A stretch of 64,000 bases of DNA from an uncultured SAR86 cluster bacterium. Its GTDB lineage: Bacteria > Pseudomonadota > Gammaproteobacteria > Magnimaribacterales > AG-339-G14. The notes beneath the pieces were generated by a model, which saw only the letters and a program-made list of their open reading frames with translations, was not told the origin of the DNA and ran no database searches. Below, piece after piece: positions 57,689 to 64,000 of this stretch. The stretch is from the NCBI GenBank assembly GCA_902526045.1, contig CABZJI010000001.1:90482-154481 (forward strand), given 5' to 3'. A program made the position numbers and the translations under genes. Every line of letters starts with the position of its first letter. Position 1 is the stretch's first letter.

Positions 57689-58789
57689 CTAGAGTCTCAT
57701 AGGCATAATAACGTGTATAAGATCTTCGTTTTCTTTATTTTTTACAATACAACTTGATTCTTGACCGAAAAAAACTATTTCTGCAGATAAATCTTTGATG
57801 GTGGTGAGGGATTCTTGTAAATAGCTTATATTAAAACCTATTTCTAGCTCCGGGCCTGAATAATCAACTTTTATTTCTTCTTCAGCGCTCTCTTTTTCTG
57901 GATTATTAGCCTCTATTTTCAATAAATCTTTATTAAGACTCAAACGAATGCCCCTGTATTTTTCATTTGAAAGAACTGAAGCTCTACTCAAAGCGGTATT
58001 AAACTCATTTTTATCGACAATAAGTTTGGATTCATCGCCAACTGGAAAAACTTTTTCATAATCTGGGTAATTGCCCTCAATTAATTTTGAAGTGAAAGAA
58101 AATACTTTACCTACGACATTGATTTGATTCTGAGATACATTCAAAGTGATTTCTTCGTCATTAGCTGAAATAATTTTTTGCAACTCCATAATGGCTTTTC
58201 TAGGAACAATAGCCCTAAAATCCTCTTTTAAGTCATCAACTAATGTTTTTGTAAAAGCTAGTCTATGACCATCTGTTGATACGACGCATAAAGCATTTCC
58301 TTTTGTCTCTAAGAGGCATCCATTTAGGTAATACCTTACATCTTGAGCAGCCATTGCTACTGAGGTTGAACCAATCATATCTGCTAAAGCTGAAGATGAA
58401 ATTTTAATAGAGCTGCTGAAATCATTAGAATCAATGGAAGGAAAGTCGCTAGCTGGCAAAGTAGCTAAATCTGCCTGAAATTTCAAGGCTTTTATTTCTA
58501 TCTGATTATCAATTAGACAAAAGTTAAGCTTTGTATCTTCTGGAATGGATCTGACTAAATCTGCTAGTTTTCTAGCTGATACTGTAACTTCACCCTCTTT
58601 TTTGACTTCTACGACATCTATCATTGTTTTATATTCAATTTCCAAGTCAGTTGCCGTTATCTTTATTGAATTTTTAGCCGCAGATATTAATACATTTGAC
58701 AAAATGGGAATAGATTGCCTTTTTTCAGCTACATTCGAAGCCAATAAAGCCGGCTCAAGAAGATCATTTTTGTTTACATTAAATTCCAT
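57689..58789 (-). CDS. dnaN: DNA polymerase III beta sliding clamp
   Basis: I prefer the ATG at 58789 (MEFNV.., 366 aa), 2 nt after the dnaA stop; the listed 58795 start is a TTG. Typical three-domain length, ends ..IMPMRL. Confidence 0.93.
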   Translation of the reverse strand: MEFNVNKNDLLEPALLASNVAEKRQSIPILSNVLISAAKNSIKITATDLEIEYKTMIDVVEVKKEGEVTVSARKLADLVRSIPEDTKLNFCLIDNQIEIKALKFQADLATLPASDFPSIDSNDFSSSIKISSSALADMIGSTSVAMAAQDVRYYLNGCLLETKGNALCVVSTDGHRLAFTKTLVDDLKEDFRAIVPRKAIMELQKIISANDEEITLNVSQNQINVVGKVFSFTSKLIEGNYPDYEKVFPVGDESKLIVDKNEFNTALSRASVLSNEKYRGIRLSLNKDLLKIEANNPEKESAEEEIKVDYSGPELEIGFNISYLQESLTTIKDLSAEIVFFGQESSCIVKNKENEDLIHVIMPMRL

Positions 58790-58791
58790 AA

Positions 58792-60126
58792 TCAAGCCGT
58801 AAGTACTCTGACTAAGTTTTTATAATCTTCATCCAACTCAGTGCTCCCCTGTCTTAATTCTCCTATTTTTTTGCATGCATGAAGAACTGTTGTATGATCT
58901 CGGCCTCCAAATGCATCTCCTATCTCGGGAAGGCTATGATTGGTTAGTTCTTTTGCTAAACTCATCGATAATTGTCTTGGTCTGGCTAGAGATCTATTTC
59001 GTTTAGATGATAACAGATCAGAAAGCCTTATATTGAAATAATCTGAAACTGTCTTCTGGATATTGTCAATACTGACCTGTCTGGCTTGAATGGCAAGCAA
59101 ATCTCTTAAAGACTCCTTAATTAAATTCAAATCAACTTCTTTATTTGCAAATTTTGCATTTGCACCAACTCTTTTTAGCGCCCCTTCAAGTTCTCTTACA
59201 TTAGATCTAATCCTTTCAGATATAAAGAAAGCACAGTCTTGCGGCATATTTAAATTAAGCTCTTCGGCTTTTTTTAATAAGATTGCTACTCGAGTCTCAA
59301 GTTCAGGTGGCTCGATAATGACTGGTAAACCCCAGCCTAGCCTTGATTTTAATCTTTCTTCTAACCCTTCTATTTCTTTTGGATATCTGTCGCAAGTTAG
59401 TATCATTTGCTGACCTCCTTCCAATAATGCATTGAAAGTGTGAAAAAGTTCTTCTTGAGATTGTTCTTTTCCAGCGAAAAACTGGATATCATCTATTAGT
59501 AAGGCATCTACGCCTCTATAAAACTGCTTAAACTCATTAATTGCCCCTAATTGAAGTGATTTAACCATATCACTTACGAACCTCTCGGAATGAATATAAA
59601 CAATTCTTTTAGATGGATCTTTTTCTTTAAGTTTATTTCCCACTGCATGCATTAAATGGGTTTTACCTAAACCAACCCCACCGTATATAAATAAGGGGTT
59701 GTATGCGCCTTTGGGTGAATCAGCAACTTGTTTTGCTGCTGCTAGAGCTATATTATTTGATTTTCCTTCTACAAAAGTTTCGAATGTAAAATTTTCAAAA
59801 AGGGAATTTTCTTTATCATCTAGAAAAGGAATTTTTTTTGATTTATCCTTTGTAATCAATGGCTTAGGAGAATTGAATAAATCATAATTTAAACTTAGAT
59901 TTTCAGAATCAAGAGATCTAGATAAGTATTGTTTTATGATGGAATCATAATTTTGTTTAACATGCTCTTTGATGAAATCATTTGGGGCTAAGAGCGTTAC
60001 AGCTTGCATGCCAAATTCGTCTTGTTCTTCTGAGTAAGCTAACGGACTTATCCAAGTGGAGAATTCATCCTGATTTAGCTCTAGTTCAAGCGATTTTCTG
60101 CATTCTTCCCAGGCTTGATAATTCAT
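58792..60126 (-). CDS. dnaA: chromosomal replication initiator DnaA
   Basis: 444 aa. AAA+ Walker [19 protein letters not shown], and the C-terminal DNA-binding motif [11 protein letters not shown]. Confidence 0.97.
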   Translation of the reverse strand: MNYQAWEECRKSLELELNQDEFSTWISPLAYSEEQDEFGMQAVTLLAPNDFIKEHVKQNYDSIIKQYLSRSLDSENLSLNYDLFNSPKPLITKDKSKKIPFLDDKENSLFENFTFETFVEGKSNNIALAAAKQVADSPKGAYNPLFIYGGVGLGKTHLMHAVGNKLKEKDPSKRIVYIHSERFVSDMVKSLQLGAINEFKQFYRGVDALLIDDIQFFAGKEQSQEELFHTFNALLEGGQQMILTCDRYPKEIEGLEERLKSRLGWGLPVIIEPPELETRVAILLKKAEELNLNMPQDCAFFISERIRSNVRELEGALKRVGANAKFANKEVDLNLIKESLRDLLAIQARQVSIDNIQKTVSDYFNIRLSDLLSSKRNRSLARPRQLSMSLAKELTNHSLPEIGDAFGGRDHTTVLHACKKIGELRQGSTELDEDYKNLVRVLTA

Positions 60127-60154
60127 AAATGGATAATAATATCTTTATTATAAC

Positions 60155-60163
60155 TTATCCACA
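60155..60163 (+). promoter_or_regulatory. perfect DnaA box TTATCCACA
   Basis: Exact match to the consensus R box, 29 nt upstream of the dnaA start. It forms part of the palindrome TTATCC-aca-GGATAA (60155-60169). Confidence 0.8.
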
Positions 60164-60182
60164 GGATAATCCTGTGAAAAAA

Positions 60183-60191
60183 TGTGAATAA
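60183..60191 (-). promoter_or_regulatory. DnaA box, 8/9 (TTATTCACA)
   Basis: TGTGAATAA on the + strand. 7/9 boxes flank it at 60128-60136, 60173-60181 and 60224-60232. Confidence 0.6.
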
Positions 60192-60269
60192 CTTGTTAAT
60201 AATATAATTAATAAGAGTTTTATTTATTCACTCAATTAATATATCATTCTTCATCTTTATTTAATCGTA

Positions 60270-60404
60270 ATGAAAAGAACCTATCAACCAAGTAAGCTGA
60301 AAAGGAAAAGGACTCACGGATTTAGAGCCAGAATGTCCTCTGCTGGCGGCAGAGCTGTTATAAACAACAGAAGAAGGAAAGGCAGAAAAGTTTTATCTGC
60401 TTAA
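60270..60404 (+). CDS. rpmH: 50S ribosomal protein L34
   Basis: Not in the ORF track (44 aa). My translation is [44 protein letters not shown], the canonical L34 sequence, directly followed by rnpA. Confidence 0.95.
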   Translation: MKRTYQPSKLKRKRTHGFRARMSSAGGRAVINNRRRKGRKVLSA

Positions 60405-60405
60405 A

Positions 60406-60732
60406 ATGAAAATACCTGCTCTGGTAGGAAAAAAAGACTTTGATAACGTCTTCAAAAATTCGGACGCCTCCTTCACATCTGGGGCCTTCGTAGTAATTTT
60501 AAAAAAAAACGAAATATCCTCAACCAGGACTGGAATTATTATTCAAAAAAAATTTGTTACATTAGCTGTTAATAGAAATTATATTAAAAGAAAATTTAGA
60601 GAGATTATAATGAGATCTCAGCTAAACTCTTTTGATGCTGTCCTCATGGTTAAAAATAGAATAGAGGAATTTGATAAATTAAAAGTAAAAAAAAATTTCA
60701 TTGACTTAGAGTCCAAAATTGGAAAGATTTAA
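60406..60732 (+). CDS. rnpA: ribonuclease P protein component
   Basis: 108 aa, basic, with the RNR-like motif ([11 protein letters not shown]). Conserved position after rpmH. Confidence 0.85.
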   Translation: MKIPALVGKKDFDNVFKNSDASFTSGAFVVILKKNEISSTRTGIIIQKKFVTLAVNRNYIKRKFREIIMRSQLNSFDAVLMVKNRIEEFDKLKVKKNFIDLESKIGKI

Positions 60733-60961
60733 TTTAAAAAAAATATTAGTTTTCTTGATTGTTCTTTATCAAAGATCAATCAGTCCGTACTTTGGACCCA
60801 CTTGCAGGTTTCAACCAACATGTTCTGAATACGCTAAAAATTGTATTGAGATTCATGGCGTGATGAAGGGCACATATTACAGCTTAAAAAGAATCTCAAA
60901 ATGTCATCCTCTTGGATCATATGGTTATGATCCCGTTCCGGAGAAAGCGAAGAATGATTGA
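60719..60961 (+). CDS. yidD: membrane protein insertion efficiency factor YidD
   Basis: 80 aa. [23 protein letters not shown] and KRISKCHP motifs. Confidence 0.9.
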   Translation: MERFNLKKILVFLIVLYQRSISPYFGPTCRFQPTCSEYAKNCIEIHGVMKGTYYSLKRISKCHPLGSYGYDPVPEKAKND

Positions 60962-62594
60962 TAATTTTCAAAGATATTTTTTAGTATTTTCAATCTTCAT
61001 TTTTAGTTATTTATTGCTTATTAATTGGAATCCACCTGTCCAAGAAGAACCTATTTCTGAAAACACTTTAAACAATAGTGAGTACTTACCAACTGATCCA
61101 ATTCCTGAGCCTGATTCTTTTGTGGACGAATCAAGTTCTTTTGCTGAATCAAGTAATATCACCTCTTTGATATGTGGCGCAGAAGAAACAGTTGAAGTCT
61201 CTAATGAAAATCAGAAGCTTGAAATAAGTCTGTCCAGCGGACAGATTATAAAATCAGAATTATTGAATTATCCTTTGGAAATTAATGGCCAAGCTAATAC
61301 TTTGCTTTTCAACAAGTGTGGCAAAGAGAACTACTTTTTAGATGGCGGTTTTGTTGTTTCAGGAATGTCTAGCGCGCCTGAAGGAAATTATTTTTCTGTG
61401 TTGTCTAAATCAAAAGATTCAGTTGAGATTATGAGAAGGCTTCCAAATGGCTCCACTCATTCTAAAAAAATTAGCCTAAGGGAGAACTTCAGAATAAATT
61501 TTGAAGAAGAATTTTTTAATGGAGAAGTCGCAGAAGTTTCAGTCGCGCCATATGCAAAAATAAACCGCTCCTCCGAGAAAACTATTTCTGGTTCAGGGGG
61601 CATATTTACCCAACCCTCCTCTTGGGCATATTTGGGTCCTGCGTTTTCTTACGATGGTGAAAACTACGATAAAAGATCTTTCTCAGAAATCGAAGAAGTA
61701 GAATTTAGAACATCTACCAGTGGAGGTTGGATTTCAATGATTCAACATTATTTCTTAACCTCCCTGCTACCCAACCAGTCGTCCAACAGCCTTCTTCAAG
61801 GCAAGAAAAATAAAAATGATGGCTCTTTTTCTGTTGGATTTGTTGAAGAGACTAAAAAAGTTGCTCCAGGCACCTCAATAAAAAACGAGTATTCGGCCTA
61901 TTCGGGTCCAAAAATTAAAGGAAATTTAGACTTAATGCATCCAGAGCTCGGTTTAGCCATAGATTATGGCTTCCTTTATTGGATTGGTCAGCCTATTTTT
62001 TGGGTAATGAACCTTATTAATCAGGCAATTAGCAGCTGGGGATGGTCTATTGTGCTGGTAACAGTCCTTATTAAGATTTTTTTATGGCCCCTGTCTTATG
62101 TTGCTTACAAGAGTATGGGGAAAATGAGGCAACTTCAACCCAAACTCAAGGAGCTTCAAGAGAGATATGGGGACGACAGACAGGCTATGTCAAGGGAGAT
62201 GATGGCTCTTTATTCAAAAGAAAAGGTCAATCCTGCGCTGGGATGCCTTCCAATGCTACTACAAATGCCCTTTTTCCTAGCTTTTTATTGGGTTCTAATC
62301 GAGACAGTTGAGCTCAGACATGCGCCATTCATGTTTTGGATTGTTGATTTGTCTGTAAGAGACCCTTTGTTTATTTTGCCTTTGCTAAACATGGGGGCCA
62401 TGTATCTAATGCAGCTTTTGCAGCCTCAACCGGCGGGCGTAGATCCAATGCAAGCGAGAATCTTCAAGTTTATGCCTATTATCTTTGGAGTACTTTTTGC
62501 TTTCTTTCCAGCGGGGCTGGTGCTTTATTGGTTGGTTAATTCCCTTGTTTCTGCCCTACAAATGCTTATGCATTCTCCCAGGGAAAGATACTAA
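60954..62594 (+). CDS. yidC: membrane protein insertase YidC
   Basis: I prefer the ATG at 60954 ([12 protein letters not shown].., 8-nt overlap with yidD) over 60912. Large periplasmic domain, then the conserved core ([28 protein letters not shown]). Confidence 0.93.
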   Translation: MIDNFQRYFLVFSIFIFSYLLLINWNPPVQEEPISENTLNNSEYLPTDPIPEPDSFVDESSSFAESSNITSLICGAEETVEVSNENQKLEISLSSGQIIKSELLNYPLEINGQANTLLFNKCGKENYFLDGGFVVSGMSSAPEGNYFSVLSKSKDSVEIMRRLPNGSTHSKKISLRENFRINFEEEFFNGEVAEVSVAPYAKINRSSEKTISGSGGIFTQPSSWAYLGPAFSYDGENYDKRSFSEIEEVEFRTSTSGGWISMIQHYFLTSLLPNQSSNSLLQGKKNKNDGSFSVGFVEETKKVAPGTSIKNEYSAYSGPKIKGNLDLMHPELGLAIDYGFLYWIGQPIFWVMNLINQAISSWGWSIVLVTVLIKIFLWPLSYVAYKSMGKMRQLQPKLKELQERYGDDRQAMSREMMALYSKEKVNPALGCLPMLLQMPFFLAFYWVLIETVELRHAPFMFWIVDLSVRDPLFILPLLNMGAMYLMQLLQPQPAGVDPMQARIFKFMPIIFGVLFAFFPAGLVLYWLVNSLVSALQMLMHSPRERY

Positions 62595-62601
62595 GAAAGA
62601 A

Positions 62602-63894
62602 ATGGAGCAGGCAATTGTCGCTTGTTCTACTCCTCAAGGCAGGGGAGCTATATCAGTTGTAAGAATTAGCGGAAAAGAGGTGAAAAGCATCATTTATGGC
62701 CTATTTTCACTAAAATTTGATCATGGAACATCAAAAGTCGCCGAAACAAGCCTTTCGGAGGGGTTTAATGAAAAGTGTCTTATATCTTGTTTTGAGGGCC
62801 CCGCATCATATACTGGGGAAGATGTGGCCGAAATATCGTGTCACGGAAATCCTTTGATTGTTAGGGCTTTGATTCAGAAATGCATTAAATTGGGCGCCAA
62901 AAACGCAAACCCAGGCGAATTTACCCAAAGAGCCTTTCTTAATAACAAAATTGACCTTGCACAGTCTGAAGCCGTTATCGATCTCATAAATGCTAGCTCT
63001 GGCGCAGCTATGGTGGCAGCATCTAAGTCAGTCTCTGGCAATTTCGGTAAAAATGTAGATAAAATCTTGGAAAAATTGAGAAAAGTACGAATACTTGTAG
63101 AGTCTTCAATTGATTTTTCTGATCAAGATACAAACATAGATTTTATGCAAATTAATAGTCTTTTCAACGATTTTAGATGTCTTTTAGGGGATTTTGATGC
63201 AAGAATAGAGGAAGGAATAAGGATAATGTCTGAACATAGGGTTGTCGTCGCTGGGCCTCCAAATGTGGGTAAGTCCAGCATTATGAACATTCTTTCTGGG
63301 GAGGAGGCCTCGATTGTGACTGAAATTAAAGGAACTACCAGGGACCCGATTTATAAAAAAATACAAATTAAAGACCTGCAAGTTGATATTTATGATACAG
63401 CGGGAATAAACGAAGAAACGAGGGACGAAATAGAAAAGCTTGGAATAGATAAATCTAGGTCGTTAATAGAGGGAGCAGACCTGATCTTGGAGGTTGTTGA
63501 TTCGGAAAACAAAGATTTTAGCCTCAAAAAAGACGAAAACATCTTAAAAGTATTCAATAAGTCTGACATATCTGACCCACCCAAAGGTTTTAGCGGAGTT
63601 GTTGTTTCTGCTCTTGAGAAAAGAAACATCGGTGCTCTTGAAGAGAAAATTTACGAGCTCCTTTCGGGCGATGGAACTAATGCTTTATTTTCAGCCAGAG
63701 AAAGGCACCGGAATTTAGTTAAAAAAGCATTTTTAGAAATAGACTCTTGTCCGGACCCAATTGATATGAAAAACGTTGATATAGCTGCAGAGCACCTTAA
63801 GTTGGCAGATATATTTTTAGGAGACATTAAGTCACCCATGAGCGCAGATGACTTTCTGGGGGAAATATTTTCCACTTTTTGTATTGGTAAGTAA
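62602..63894 (+). CDS. mnmE: tRNA modification GTPase MnmE
   Basis: I prefer the ATG at 62602 (MEQAIVACSTPQGRGAISVVRISG, 430 aa), 8 nt after the yidC stop. G1 GPPNVGKSS, DTAG and the C-terminal CIGK. Confidence 0.93.
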   Translation: MEQAIVACSTPQGRGAISVVRISGKEVKSIIYGLFSLKFDHGTSKVAETSLSEGFNEKCLISCFEGPASYTGEDVAEISCHGNPLIVRALIQKCIKLGAKNANPGEFTQRAFLNNKIDLAQSEAVIDLINASSGAAMVAASKSVSGNFGKNVDKILEKLRKVRILVESSIDFSDQDTNIDFMQINSLFNDFRCLLGDFDARIEEGIRIMSEHRVVVAGPPNVGKSSIMNILSGEEASIVTEIKGTTRDPIYKKIQIKDLQVDIYDTAGINEETRDEIEKLGIDKSRSLIEGADLILEVVDSENKDFSLKKDENILKVFNKSDISDPPKGFSGVVVSALEKRNIGALEEKIYELLSGDGTNALFSARERHRNLVKKAFLEIDSCPDPIDMKNVDIAAEHLKLADIFLGDIKSPMSADDFLGEIFSTFCIGK

Positions 63895-63919
63895 GCACTA
63901 ACTATAATTTATATTTTGT

Positions 63920-63954
63920 CATTAAAATGTTTTTTGTTGCATTAAAATCTTTTT
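63920..63954 (+). repeat. two 15-nt AT-rich direct repeats, 20-nt period
   Basis: CATTAAAATGTTTTT (63920-63934) and CATTAAAATCTTTTT (63940-63954), 14/15 identical, in the non-coding stretch after mnmE. Confidence 0.6.
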
Positions 63955-63961
63955 CATAAGC

Positions 63962-63970
63962 TGTGAATAA
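63962..63970 (-). promoter_or_regulatory. DnaA-box-like 9-mer (TTATTCACA, 8/9)
   Basis: TGTGAATAA on the + strand. The 11-mer TGTGAATAACT is identical to the one at 60183-60193. Confidence 0.45.
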
Positions 63971-64000
63971 CTATAAATAGGTATTTTCTCAACACCTTAA

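Noticed and set aside
62485-62601. N-terminal 39-codon extension of mnmE (listed start 62485) overlapping the end of yidC. Also the 62084-62311 ORF inside yidC.
   Set aside because: The conserved MnmE N-terminus begins at the ATG at 62602, right after the yidC stop. The extension is a hydrophobic out-of-frame read of the yidC C-terminus.

Overview
AT-rich (about one-third G+C by eye) and very gene-dense window. Most intergenic gaps are under 100 bp, there are many ATGA/TGATG start-stop overlaps, and several genes need TTG starts. It looks like the replication-origin neighbourhood of a streamlined marine-type gammaproteobacterium; this taxonomic guess rests on composition and synteny only and nothing was searched.

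Right end: rpmH-rnpA-yidD-yidC-mnmE (+) diverges from dnaA-dnaN-recF-gyrB (-). DnaA boxes sit in the 143-bp spacer, and a second DnaA-box/AT-repeat patch lies at the extreme right edge.

Middle: moving left, the order is plsC-gmhB-GlyRS, lpxL-like, trkH-trkA-fmt-def, purE-tsaC-aroE, then an aa3-type cytochrome oxidase cluster (coxB-coxA-ctaG-coxC-[antisense DUF2909]-SURF1-x-ctaA-ctaB-SCO1). This mirrors the Pseudomonas origin-proximal order as I remember it, with three differences:
- a single-chain GlyRS sits where glyQ/glyS would be;
- rsmB is absent between fmt and trkA;
- a ~4.3-kb accessory block lies between plsC and gyrB.

Left half: a Fur-box-controlled heme uptake locus (TonB-dependent receptor / hmuTUV / HugZ-like). 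It is followed by ~12 kb of small-molecule redox, glutathione and hydrolase genes in two tight operons, then pckA, gshA and a quinone oxidoreductase.

Most unusual feature: three tandem, divergent paralogs of an unrecognised ~135-aa three-TM protein (28.5-30.0 kb). Each has its own strong SD and its own canonical terminator, and the set lies next to a YegP-family gene.

Other oddities:
- an SPKK-type Lys/Pro tail on GyrB;
- a SCO-like CxxxC protein that lacks the Cu histidine;
- a Coq4-like HDxxH protein;
- a secreted cyclase-family protein with a degenerate metal motif;
- an orphan P19-like periplasmic protein.

No rRNA, tRNA, CRISPR array, transposase or integrase was recognised.
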